From positions 1 through 64,000 of IMG/VR virus record IMGVR_UViG_3300027797_000020: DNA of 64,000 nt. One strand, given 5' to 3'. The notes beneath the pieces are model-generated. The model did no database searches. It was not told the origin of the DNA and saw only the letters and a list, made by a program, of their open reading frames with translations. The position numbers and the translations under genes were made by a program. This DNA is from a virus. Positions 42,279 through 52,094 of this stretch are shown piece by piece (the stretch's first letter is position 1; the number at the start of each line of letters is the position of its first letter).

Positions 42279-43097
42279 ATGAGAAAATTTAAAAATTTAA
42301 GAGAAGGTCTTGATGAGACCGGGACCCCCGATATGAAATATTATGCGTTTGATTGGGATGACAATATTATGTATATGCCGACCAAAATAATCTTAAAAAG
42401 TGAAGACGGTGATGAGGTTCCAATGTCAACTGAAGATTTTGCAGAATATAGAATGGACATCGGTAAAGAACCTTTTGAGTACGAAGGACATCAAGTTGTT
42501 GGTTTTGCGGATTTACCTTTTAGATATTTTTCAACGACAGGTGATAAAAATTTCATAGTTGATTCAATGACCGCAAGTGATGGACCGGCTTGGACTGATT
42601 TTGTTGAGGCAATTAATAACGGTTCCATTTTTTCTATTGTTACTGCAAGAGGTCACACACCGTCAGTTATGAGAGATGCGGTTTACAATTTAATTGTTTC
42701 AAATCATAATGGTATTGATTCAAATGAACTAGTTAGAAATTTAGAAAAATATAGAGATTTAGCTGATGAAGAACAATTATCAAAAAAGGATATGATTAAA
42801 GAGTATCTAGACTTGTGTAAGTTCTATCCGGTGACATATGGTGAAGGTTCAGCGACTAACCCTGAAGAAGGTAAGATTAAGGCGTTAAAAGAGTTTGTAG
42901 ACCACGTAAAACACCTTTCAAGTTTTATAGGAAAAAAGGCTTACTTAAAAAATGACATTGTTAATAAAGAACCACAAATTGGATTTTCAGATGATGATTT
43001 AAGAAACGTGGAAAAAGTTAAAGGACATTTTGAAAATGAACCAGATAATATCATAAAGACATATTCAACTGCAGGAGGAATAAAGAAAAGATATTAA
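42279..43097 (+). CDS. HAD-superfamily phosphatase-like protein
   Basis: Motif I 'AFDWDDNI', motif II 'IVTARG', Lys in 'EEGK', motif IV 'GFSDDD'. Confidence 0.7.
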   Translation: MRKFKNLREGLDETGTPDMKYYAFDWDDNIMYMPTKIILKSEDGDEVPMSTEDFAEYRMDIGKEPFEYEGHQVVGFADLPFRYFSTTGDKNFIVDSMTASDGPAWTDFVEAINNGSIFSIVTARGHTPSVMRDAVYNLIVSNHNGIDSNELVRNLEKYRDLADEEQLSKKDMIKEYLDLCKFYPVTYGEGSATNPEEGKIKALKEFVDHVKHLSSFIGKKAYLKNDIVNKEPQIGFSDDDLRNVEKVKGHFENEPDNIIKTYSTAGGIKKRY

Positions 43098-43255
43098 TAA
43101 ATAAATTAATAAAATTATTAATAATATAAAAAATAATTAAACTAGATATTTATTACTAGAAAGATATTTTAAAAATAATTAGAAGTAAATAGAAAAATCT
43201 TTCAAAGACTATTTATATAAAAAAATAAACACAAAAATAATAAAAAAAGAATAAG

Positions 43256-43744
43256 ATGGCTGATTTATTAATGAAAATGCCGATACCATACGAACCTAAA
43301 AGACAAAATAGGTTTATAATGAGATTCCCTTCAAGTTTGGGAATTAATGAATGGTTCGTTGAGACGGCATCAAGACCGCATATCACAATTAACTCAACTG
43401 AGGTACAATTTTTAAATACGTCGACTTATGTTGCTGGACGTTTTACTTGGGGAACTATTAACGTTAAGTTCCGTGACCCAATTGGACCTTCTGCTTCACA
43501 AGCATTAATGGAATGGGTACGTTTATGTGCTGAATCTGTAACAGGACGTATGGGTTACGCTGCAGGTTATAAGAAAAATGTCGATTTGGAAATGTTAGAC
43601 CCAACAGGTGTTGTTGTTGAGAAATGGATACTTGAAGGAGCTTGGTTACAAGACGTTAACTTTGATTCGTTAGCATATAACTCTGATGCTATTGCTTCGA
43701 TTACTGCGACTCTTAGACCTGACCGTTGTGTGTTAGTTTACTAA
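43256..43744 (+). CDS. Tail tube protein (gp19-like)
   Basis: 'YEPKRQNRF', 'YVAGRFTW..INVKFRD', 'YKKNVDLEMLDPTG.VVEKW.L.GAW'; follows the sheath gene. Confidence 0.9.
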   Translation: MADLLMKMPIPYEPKRQNRFIMRFPSSLGINEWFVETASRPHITINSTEVQFLNTSTYVAGRFTWGTINVKFRDPIGPSASQALMEWVRLCAESVTGRMGYAAGYKKNVDLEMLDPTGVVVEKWILEGAWLQDVNFDSLAYNSDAIASITATLRPDRCVLVY

Positions 43745-43769
43745 AAAACTTTTCATATACTATTTTACT

Positions 43770-43799
43770 AATCCACATACATTGTATGTGGATTTTTTT
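43770..43799 (+). terminator. Intrinsic terminator after the tail tube gene
   Basis: AATCCACATAC-att-GTATGTGGATT followed by a T run. Confidence 0.8.
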
Positions 43800-43858
43800 G
43801 TTTTATATATTTAATAAAAACAAATGTAAACTATCTTTTTTAAAAAAACAAGTAAATT

Positions 43859-44611
43859 ATGGATGCAGACTTATTAAAAGCAGCGACTGAAAACTTTTCA
43901 CTACCTCACGATGTTGTAAAATTACCTTCAATGGGTATTTTTTATAAATCAAAAAAAACTGCGGTGAAAGTTGGATATCTTACGGCTGAAGATGAAAATT
44001 ATTTATTAAACAATGATTCGAAAGAACATATCGTGATGACATTGTTACGAAATAAAGTTTATGAACACGATTTAAGACCGGAAGAAATGACTGACGGTGA
44101 TGTTGAGGCTATTTTGATATTTTTAAGAAATACTTCATTTGGTCCTGAATATAGTCTTAATTTGGTTGACCCTAAAAATAGTAAAGTTTTTGAACATACA
44201 GAAATTTTAGACCAATTAAGTATTAAAGAAACAACTGAAAGACCTGATGAAAATGGGTATTTCACAACTAAATTACCAAGAACAAACGCGACTGTTAAAT
44301 TAAAACCTTTAACTTTTTACGAAGGGATTGAAATTGATAATATGGCTGACCAATACCCTAAAGGTAGAACTGCCCCAACTGTAACTTGGAGATTAAATAA
44401 ACAAATTGTTGAAGTTGATGGTAGTAATGACCCTGGAACTATTTCACAATTTGTTAGTACATTACCAATCGCTGATTCAAAACATATCAGACAATTTTTG
44501 AGAGATAATCAACCCTCATTAGATTTAAAGAGACAAGTTTACGCCCCGTCAGGAGAATTGGTTACGTTTAACGTATCCTTTGGGGTGGACTTTTTTCGTC
44601 CTTTCTTCTAA
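43859..44611 (+). CDS. Tail assembly chaperone / baseplate hub assembly protein (T4 gp26-like)
   Basis: 'VKLPSMGIFY', 'LTAEDE', 'GD..AILIFLRNTSFGPEY', ending 'GVDFFRPFF'; located between tube and tape measure. Confidence 0.75.
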   Translation: MDADLLKAATENFSLPHDVVKLPSMGIFYKSKKTAVKVGYLTAEDENYLLNNDSKEHIVMTLLRNKVYEHDLRPEEMTDGDVEAILIFLRNTSFGPEYSLNLVDPKNSKVFEHTEILDQLSIKETTERPDENGYFTTKLPRTNATVKLKPLTFYEGIEIDNMADQYPKGRTAPTVTWRLNKQIVEVDGSNDPGTISQFVSTLPIADSKHIRQFLRDNQPSLDLKRQVYAPSGELVTFNVSFGVDFFRPFF

Positions 44612-44750
44612 CTACAGTCAACAATTAATTGATGAGTATTACTTGTTGGCTAAAATTTTAAGAACACAATATAGTGAGTTTCTTAAAATACCCACATACA
44701 TTAGAAAATATCTTGTAGATAAAATTATTGAAGATTATACACCAAAGTAA
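44595..44750 (+). CDS. Frameshift-accessed C-terminal extension of the chaperone (gpGT-like T segment)
   Basis: ATG-less +1 frame, open 44529-44750, encodes FVLSSNYSQQLIDEYYLLAKILRTQYSEFLKIPTYIRKYLVDKIIEDYTPK; candidate slip site TTT TTT CGT at 44591-44599. Confidence 0.65.
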   Translation, partial: FVLSSNYSQQLIDEYYLLAKILRTQYSEFLKIPTYIRKYLVDKIIEDYTPK

Positions 44751-44794
44751 AACATTGCTTTGGTGTATTTATATTATAACAAATATAGAAAAAT

Positions 44795-46690
44795 ATGGGA
44801 TTTTTATTTGCGGGTGATGATGATGATGCTACGGGTTCAAGTAAAATAGCGAAAGCGGTTGACGGTACATTATCAGAAATTAAAAGTATTCTTAAAGCCA
44901 ATTTAACTGCCGATGGTATCGGTACTGTTGTTGAACAAATGGATGAGGTCTATTCAAGATTGTCCACAACAATGGGTCTTGGACGTGCGTCCGCAGTGGC
45001 GATTAAATCCGCATTAGGTGATGCGTATTCCGATGTTGCCAAGTTGGGCGGCGGTATGGAAGATATCGAAAGAATCCAAAAAGGTTTAGTGGGGGCTTTG
45101 GGAACTAATGTTCTTGCGAGTACTGACGCATTTAAAGAAATTTATGCGGCTTCCAAAGTTATGAATACCACAACAGATGATTTATCCAAAAAGTTTATTG
45201 ATGCCGGTTATAACTTTAATAATATTGGTAAAGAAAGTGAAAAAATTATTAACACCGCAAGGTCGTTAGGTGTTAGTGCTGAAGCGGTCTCAAGTTCTGT
45301 GTTAAATAATATGGAGGCTTTAGATACACATAATTTTTCGGGTGGTGTTGAAGGTTTAGCGAAAATGGCGGCAACCTCAGCGGGACTACGTGTTAATATG
45401 AGTAGTGTTTTAAATGCCGTGGATAAAGCGTTCAATCCTGAAGGTGCGATTGAAATGGCGGCGGCATTCCAAAGATTGGGTGTTTCACAAAGTGAATTAT
45501 TGGACCCAATGAGATTAATGAATATGTCTCAAAATGACCCTGAAGCTTTCCAACAATCAATCGCTAAAATGGGGGCTAGTTTAACGGAATTAGACGAAAA
45601 AGGTAACGTTAAAATCGCACCTGGTAGTATTCGTAGAATGAAGGAATTAGCTGACGCTGCGGGTATGCCTCAAGCGGAATTTGCGAAAATGTCAAAAGCG
45701 GCGGCGGAACTTGATATGAAAATGGCGAAATTACAATTTCCTGATTTTGCGACGGACGAACAAAAAACTTTATTGGCGAACATTACCCAAATGAAAGATG
45801 GTAAAATGCAGATTAAGGTTGATGGGGAAATGAAAGATATGAATGAGGTCTTACAAGGTTTCAAAGGTGATGAGGAAGGATTGAAAAAATTCTTAAAGGA
45901 TAATCAACCAAAAACAAATGAAGAATTATTAGATGAACAATTAAGTGTTTCAAAAAAAATTGAAGCTAATACCGCATCAATGAAAGGTAAAACGGGTTAT
46001 GCAATGGCCGGTACTAAAAAGGGTGAGGAAATGTTAGTTGCAACAGGGACTATTACTAAAGCGATTACAGATTCATTTAATAAAGAGTTGGATATTAGTA
46101 AAATGAGAAAAGGTCTTGACACTCATTTGGAAACTATGGTTGATGTTATTGATAAACTTAGTACGGGTGAAATGAGTGCGACTGAAGCGTTTGGAAAAGC
46201 CGCAACAGGTATTAAAAATTTCACCGAAACTCTTGGTGATACAGTTGGTAATGTTATTAAAAATTTAAATGAGGCCGGTATTAAAATTGAGGATAATGGT
46301 AGTCAAGTTGAAAAATTAGTTGTTAGAGGTGTAAAGGCCGTGGTTGGTGGAACAGTTAATGCCGTTGAAAACAGTGAGAAAGTTGATATAAAACCAATTG
46401 ATGGTAAAAAAGATAGTGCAAAATTAAATCCGATTGATGATAAGAAAAATTGGGATACTAAACAACAAACAATTATTGACGCACAAACTATTAATAGTTC
46501 TAACGCTAAAACCGAAACTTACCACTCAGGTAAAATGAATTTGGATGTTACAGTTACTGTACCTCCAAATATGGATAAAGCGACGTTTGAACAAATGATG
46601 AAAAGTCCTGAATTTAAAGAATCACTTTTAAAGATGATTAAAGATTCTCCACAAGGAAATAATAAAACTAAAGTTCCTGCTAACAGATAA
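44795..46690 (+). CDS. Tape-measure-like protein
   Basis: 631 aa, A/G/M/K-rich and helical; canonical position after the chaperone. Confidence 0.7.
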   Translation: MGFLFAGDDDDATGSSKIAKAVDGTLSEIKSILKANLTADGIGTVVEQMDEVYSRLSTTMGLGRASAVAIKSALGDAYSDVAKLGGGMEDIERIQKGLVGALGTNVLASTDAFKEIYAASKVMNTTTDDLSKKFIDAGYNFNNIGKESEKIINTARSLGVSAEAVSSSVLNNMEALDTHNFSGGVEGLAKMAATSAGLRVNMSSVLNAVDKAFNPEGAIEMAAAFQRLGVSQSELLDPMRLMNMSQNDPEAFQQSIAKMGASLTELDEKGNVKIAPGSIRRMKELADAAGMPQAEFAKMSKAAAELDMKMAKLQFPDFATDEQKTLLANITQMKDGKMQIKVDGEMKDMNEVLQGFKGDEEGLKKFLKDNQPKTNEELLDEQLSVSKKIEANTASMKGKTGYAMAGTKKGEEMLVATGTITKAITDSFNKELDISKMRKGLDTHLETMVDVIDKLSTGEMSATEAFGKAATGIKNFTETLGDTVGNVIKNLNEAGIKIEDNGSQVEKLVVRGVKAVVGGTVNAVENSEKVDIKPIDGKKDSAKLNPIDDKKNWDTKQQTIIDAQTINSSNAKTETYHSGKMNLDVTVTVPPNMDKATFEQMMKSPEFKESLLKMIKDSPQGNNKTKVPANR

Positions 46691-46731
46691 AAATTAAGTA
46701 GTATTCTATTTATATAATAAAATAAGAGACA

Positions 46732-49700
46732 ATGCCGAATAGTACATTATCATTTGCGTCAACTTCAACTTTTAGAGATGCGTTGATGGCCAAAAACCTT
46801 TCATCGTATGGAGTAACAGGTGTTTATACACCACCTTCAGGTCCTTTAAATTATGAAGTGGTTTTAACTCAATCACCTGTAGTGGATTCACCGGGTGATT
46901 TAATTGCTAATGACCCTTTCGCAAATCAAATGTATCCATTAAATGCGTATGGTCCAAATGGTGGGTACAATATTAATATTAATTATAACGGTCCTTTATT
47001 GCCGGTGATACCAAATCAAGGTCCGTATTCCCCAAATCAAAGTGCGTTATTATTAAGTAATAATTTATATCTAAATCAATTAACAACATCACCTGGTGTT
47101 AAGAATTTATTCATACCTAATGGTGGTTATAATTACGTATATAATGTTGGTGAGGTACAAAACCCTATTCATTATTTTTTACCTTATGGGTTATCAACTT
47201 TTGTTCCGTCTGTTTATACACCATACGAAATATTATCATCAACAAATCCAACAGGTAGTGATGGCTCATTATCTCAGGATTCATTTATTGCGAGATTAGG
47301 GGCTCAACAATTGAACTTCCTTTTTCAAGAAAGAATTGCATTAGAAATATTACAAAGTACTGTTGGTAAAGTTAATTTAGAATCATTACAAGACCCGTTT
47401 GAGGCGAGTTTATTAGCGACAGGTCAAGAACCTTTAATTTACCGTAATTGGAGGATTACAGTTCCTGAATCACCTGTTACCGCGGCGTTTGACTTTGCTA
47501 CTCGATTATCGGGAGCTTATTGGCCAGTATCATTTATTCCTGGTGATTATTTTGACGAAAATACAAAAGGTGGGCAACAAACACAACAAACGTCAAATGC
47601 GTTAAATGTTGTTAATCAATTAACAGGAGGGTTTTTAGGTCCAATCTTAAATAAAAAACGAAATCCTTCTCAAATATTTTTAGCAAATACGGGTAATGGA
47701 CAAAGGTCGGTTTTATTTAGTAATTTAGATTTCAACAGATACCAACCGGGGTATAAAAAAGATTATGGGGGTATATTAGGTATTGGTCAGGCTATCGTTA
47801 ATTTAGCGGTAAGTTTAATTAATCCTAATGGTACACTATCAGGTGGGTATTATGTTGGTAGTGTTAATTCAGAGCCAAGTTCAATAACTTCACCCCCAAA
47901 TCAAATTCCTGTTAACCCATACGGTGAACAAGTTTCAACACCTGTTTATGGTCCGTCTGAGTTGGGGATATTATTTGAGGGGAATGACAATAAATTAAAT
48001 TTCGGTTTAGCCGGTAAATCATTAAGTGATGGTGGTGGTATTGATGGTGGGTTTATTTGGACTTCACCAAAATACAAACCAAACGCAGGTTTCCACGCAA
48101 CACCTGGAGGTGGTTCGGGAAGTAAGGACGAAGAATTTAATCAAATTAGTAGTCAGTATAATAAAGACGAGTCAACTAATGTTGATTTCAAAGAGAATTC
48201 GATATTAGATAGTACTCAAAGACTTATTGATTCTGCTGACAATGTTTCAGGTATTAGTAGATTGAAACACGTTGGTAATGCGATGAACCAAGTTAGTAAA
48301 GTATTCCACGATGGTTATAAAGAAATGACCAAAGGTTCTCAAGTTGTTTCATATAAAGATGATACAACAGGTGGTGAAAAAGGTATTGAATATTGTCGAG
48401 TATTTACTAAAGACACACCGTATTACACTTATGCTGATTTACAAAAAACTGACGGTATTACTATCTCAGGTAGAAGATTTACCAACTCGGTTTTAGATAA
48501 CACATACAATCTTAATATCGCCCCACTTAAAAATCCTGGGTCAACTAATATCATATCAGGTGATGCGACAGGTAAAGGGGGTTATGCTAAAAAATATATG
48601 TTCTCGATTGAGAACTTAGCTTGGAGAACATCAAGTAGACCGGGTTATACTTATGATGAGTTACCTGTTTGTGAGAAAGGTCCAAATGGGGGTAGAGTAA
48701 TGTGGTTCCCACCTTATGATTTACAATTCTCAGATACTAGTAGTGCGAATTGGAACTCAACAAGTTTCTTAGGTCGACCTGAACCAATTTATACTTACAA
48801 AGAAACAAGTAGAACGGGTAGTTTATCTTGGAAGATAATTGTTGACCACCCTTCAGTTATGAATACGGTAGTTGAGAAACAATTAAAAGGTCAAGCCAAA
48901 GAACGTATTGATTCTATCATTGATTCATTTTTCGCGGGTTGTGTGAAATTTGACATCTATAAATTAGCGATTAAATTTAATACAATACCAACTAAAGATT
49001 TATACACTTATCAAGAGATATTAAGTAATCCAAGATTAACTGATAAAGAAACAGTTGCGGAAATTAATAAAGCGATACCTAAAGATAACTCAAACGCTTC
49101 AGGTTCGGCGGTTGCTGACCCTGCAAATACAAATAGTAATCAGACTGTTACACCTGATTCGTCAATTCAAGACTTTGAAAACAAATATTTGGATTTTGCA
49201 TTCTACTTTGAAAATGATATTCCGGGTAAGAATCCAAATACTACAACAACTGAAGAATATCAATCAACATATGATTCATATACCTCAGACAGTAACATTG
49301 AAAAATATGTTAAAAACGCTGAGTCAGCTTTCAATGACGGTAATGTGAATAAAAATGTTAAAGGGTTTTTCGATTCGGTAATTAAAAGTAATTATAATTT
49401 ATTTGCTGGTGGTGATAAAAATTTCATAACCGATGCTTATGATATATTATCTAAAGGTCTTGGAACTATTAAAATAATGATGGAAGGTTCGGCGTCCGCT
49501 ACCGCAACGGTTCCATATAACAAAGCGTTATCTGAAAGACGACTTGATATTGTTACTAAATTTTTGAAAAGTAAAACAATTGGTGACAAAAAATTAGGTG
49601 AGTATTTTGATAAAGGTTTAATTAAAATTGAATTATCAAAAGGTTCGGGTGAACAAACCGTTATCCCTAAAACAAGTACTGAGACAGGTGCTAATGGAAC

Positions 49701-51765
49701 AACAGGAACAACTGAAGATTCAGGTAATGGGACTGATGTTAATTGTACTACGGATATTAAAGATAAAAATAATAAAGTTACTGCGATTTCACAAGTTTTT
49801 GCGACTGACGCTATGGCTTGTCGTAGGGTTAAAGTTAAAAGTATAACTGTGACACCGGCACCTGTTACGTCAACAACTACGTTAAAACCTGATGTTGTGG
49901 TTACAAATACAAATGGTGCTACAGAAACATTGCCTATAAAACGACCTGAACCACAAAAATCAATTGAACAAAAAATTAAAGAAGGTATTTCTAAAAAAAT
50001 ATTAAGAAATTTATTGTCAGAGTGTGATTATTTTGAGGTTATCAAGGAGAATGTTCCGATGTTGTATGATTCGATTAAGGAAAAAATAAAATACTTTAAT
50101 CCGGCGTTCCACTCTATGACACCTGAAGGTTTAAATGCTCGTTTGACGTTTTTAAATCAATGTGTTAGACCTGGTGAAACAATACCAATTATTGGTAGTG
50201 ATGGTAAACCAAAAGTGGCTGATGCGGTTAACACTTCATTCGGAGCACCGCCCGTTTTAGTTTTACGTGTTGGTGACTTCTACCACACTAAAATCATCCC
50301 TGAGACATTATCTATCACTTATGACCCATTAGTTCTTGATATGAACCCTGAAGGTATAGGTGTACAACCAATGATTGCCAAAGTGAATTTAAGTTTCAAA
50401 ATAATTGGTGGTATGGGTCTTGCAAAACCTGTGGAACAATTACAAAACGCATTATCGTTCAACTATTACGGTAATACTGAAATATATGATGAAAGAGCGA
50501 CTTGGACTGAAGATACGTCAGTGTTGGATAAAATGGTTGTGGATGCGATTATCGCACAACAACCCCCAACTACGGTAAATAACACAGGTGGTTCACAACA
50601 AACAAATGATGCGGGGTCAACAATTGGTGAGATTAAAAATACAATACCGTTAACCCCTAGTGGTGAGACAGGTGAAATGAGTTATATGAAAATTATGGAT
50701 AAAGTTTTAGATGACTCTAAAACATATTTCACAAACATTTATAATTCATTAGAAGAGATTCAAATGAAAACCAACTATGGTATGTTACAATTAGTTAGTA
50801 ACAAAAGAAATTTTAGTGGTGGTACTTTAGTTGAGAATGAGGTTGACAAACCTGTTAAAATTTATGGTAAACCTGATTTCCAAGATGATTTAAATGGTTT
50901 GTTTGAATTAGTATTAAATGATATTTTATCAGGTAATAATCCGGTGATTAGTTTATTAGTTGAAAAAGGGTTTGATGATAATACGACATTGAGTGTTATT
51001 AAAGATAATTTGATAAAATATGTTAACAGTTTAAAAGGTTCAATTTCAAGTGATATTGGTGTTATTGTTAATAGTAAAATTGGTACTGCTCAACAAGATT
51101 ATATTCAGGACATTCGAAAAATGAACTTTGTGAATACTAAAACTGATGGTAAAATATTAGATAAAGGTGATTTGAAAATATATAACATTAGTGGTGGTGA
51201 ATTTCTTGATATGACAAATGATTACGGTAAACTTAATTTAGCGTTAAACGAATATTATAATTTATTGGGCGTTACAAATGCGATAATACCTCCACCGTAT
51301 CCGGCTAGTGGTAATTTCTTTTCAGCTACTAATTTTGGTGGTAATGATGTTGAGTTTAAACGATTTTTTATAATTGTCGGAAGAATATTTACCGATAAAA
51401 ATAAAGTAAAAGACTTTACGAATAGAATCATTACACCAAATATTTCGACAATTAAAAAACCTAAAAAATTAACCAAAGTGTTTGATGATGTTGTGGATAA
51501 ATTGGTTGACCTATATAAGGATGAAATTAAAGAGGAAGATAAAATCTTAGATAAATTCAAGAAAACCTCGGAATTCCAAAAATATACTAAGGGTATTGAT
51601 GAGATATTGTATAAAAAAGGTAAATCAAGAATTGTTAAATTTACAACGGTTCCTGACGCTGCTAAAGAGGGTCAACAAAAGACTAACTTAACCAACCTAT
51701 ACAAAGGAGACCCGACTTTAATGGATAAATTCAACACCTTTGATGGTAAAATTAAATTTAATTAA
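46732..51765 (+). CDS. Large baseplate/tube-initiator protein with an inserted OmpA-like domain
   Basis: Tube-initiator-like 'FPPYDLQFSDTSSANWNSTSFLGRPEPIYTY...R.GSLSW' and 'APPVLVLRVGD...QPMIAKV'; OmpA-like 'FYFEND...GSAS...YNKALSERR...GE...CRRV'. Confidence 0.7.
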   Translation: MPNSTLSFASTSTFRDALMAKNLSSYGVTGVYTPPSGPLNYEVVLTQSPVVDSPGDLIANDPFANQMYPLNAYGPNGGYNININYNGPLLPVIPNQGPYSPNQSALLLSNNLYLNQLTTSPGVKNLFIPNGGYNYVYNVGEVQNPIHYFLPYGLSTFVPSVYTPYEILSSTNPTGSDGSLSQDSFIARLGAQQLNFLFQERIALEILQSTVGKVNLESLQDPFEASLLATGQEPLIYRNWRITVPESPVTAAFDFATRLSGAYWPVSFIPGDYFDENTKGGQQTQQTSNALNVVNQLTGGFLGPILNKKRNPSQIFLANTGNGQRSVLFSNLDFNRYQPGYKKDYGGILGIGQAIVNLAVSLINPNGTLSGGYYVGSVNSEPSSITSPPNQIPVNPYGEQVSTPVYGPSELGILFEGNDNKLNFGLAGKSLSDGGGIDGGFIWTSPKYKPNAGFHATPGGGSGSKDEEFNQISSQYNKDESTNVDFKENSILDSTQRLIDSADNVSGISRLKHVGNAMNQVSKVFHDGYKEMTKGSQVVSYKDDTTGGEKGIEYCRVFTKDTPYYTYADLQKTDGITISGRRFTNSVLDNTYNLNIAPLKNPGSTNIISGDATGKGGYAKKYMFSIENLAWRTSSRPGYTYDELPVCEKGPNGGRVMWFPPYDLQFSDTSSANWNSTSFLGRPEPIYTYKETSRTGSLSWKIIVDHPSVMNTVVEKQLKGQAKERIDSIIDSFFAGCVKFDIYKLAIKFNTIPTKDLYTYQEILSNPRLTDKETVAEINKAIPKDNSNASGSAVADPANTNSNQTVTPDSSIQDFENKYLDFAFYFENDIPGKNPNTTTTEEYQSTYDSYTSDSNIEKYVKNAESAFNDGNVNKNVKGFFDSVIKSNYNLFAGGDKNFITDAYDILSKGLGTIKIMMEGSASATATVPYNKALSERRLDIVTKFLKSKTIGDKKLGEYFDKGLIKIELSKGSGEQTVIPKTSTETGANGTTGTTEDSGNGTDVNCTTDIKDKNNKVTAISQVFATDAMACRRVKVKSITVTPAPVTSTTTLKPDVVVTNTNGATETLPIKRPEPQKSIEQKIKEGISKKILRNLLSECDYFEVIKENVPMLYDSIKEKIKYFNPAFHSMTPEGLNARLTFLNQCVRPGETIPIIGSDGKPKVADAVNTSFGAPPVLVLRVGDFYHTKIIPETLSITYDPLVLDMNPEGIGVQPMIAKVNLSFKIIGGMGLAKPVEQLQNALSFNYYGNTEIYDERATWTEDTSVLDKMVVDAIIAQQPPTTVNNTGGSQQTNDAGSTIGEIKNTIPLTPSGETGEMSYMKIMDKVLDDSKTYFTNIYNSLEEIQMKTNYGMLQLVSNKRNFSGGTLVENEVDKPVKIYGKPDFQDDLNGLFELVLNDILSGNNPVISLLVEKGFDDNTTLSVIKDNLIKYVNSLKGSISSDIGVIVNSKIGTAQQDYIQDIRKMNFVNTKTDGKILDKGDLKIYNISGGEFLDMTNDYGKLNLALNEYYNLLGVTNAIIPPPYPASGNFFSATNFGGNDVEFKRFFIIVGRIFTDKNKVKDFTNRIITPNISTIKKPKKLTKVFDDVVDKLVDLYKDEIKEEDKILDKFKKTSEFQKYTKGIDEILYKKGKSRIVKFTTVPDAAKEGQQKTNLTNLYKGDPTLMDKFNTFDGKIKFN

Positions 51766-51767
51766 TT

Positions 51768-52094
51768 ATGGGTGGAAGACAATATTATAATAGATATGGT
51801 AATTTTATCGTAAATGGTCAACAAACAGTTGTACCATTTGTTGATTTACCAAGCAAAAGTACCGATAAACGATACATTTACAAAGTGGGTCAATCTCGAT
51901 TAGATAAGATTTCACAACAATATTATGGGACACCTTACTTTGGTTGGTTGATTATGTCCGCAAATGCTAAATTTGGTGGTCAAGAATGGAACATTACTGA
52001 TGGTTCTATATTGACAATTCCATTTCCTTTAGTAGCTTCATTACAGGATTATAACAATCAATTAGAAAATCATTTCTTTTATTATGGTAGGTAA
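51768..52094 (+). CDS. LysM-type baseplate protein (P2 gpX / T4 gp53-like)
   Basis: 'RLDKISQQYYGTPYFGWLIMSAN...GSILTIP'. Confidence 0.8.
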   Translation: MGGRQYYNRYGNFIVNGQQTVVPFVDLPSKSTDKRYIYKVGQSRLDKISQQYYGTPYFGWLIMSANAKFGGQEWNITDGSILTIPFPLVASLQDYNNQLENHFFYYGR

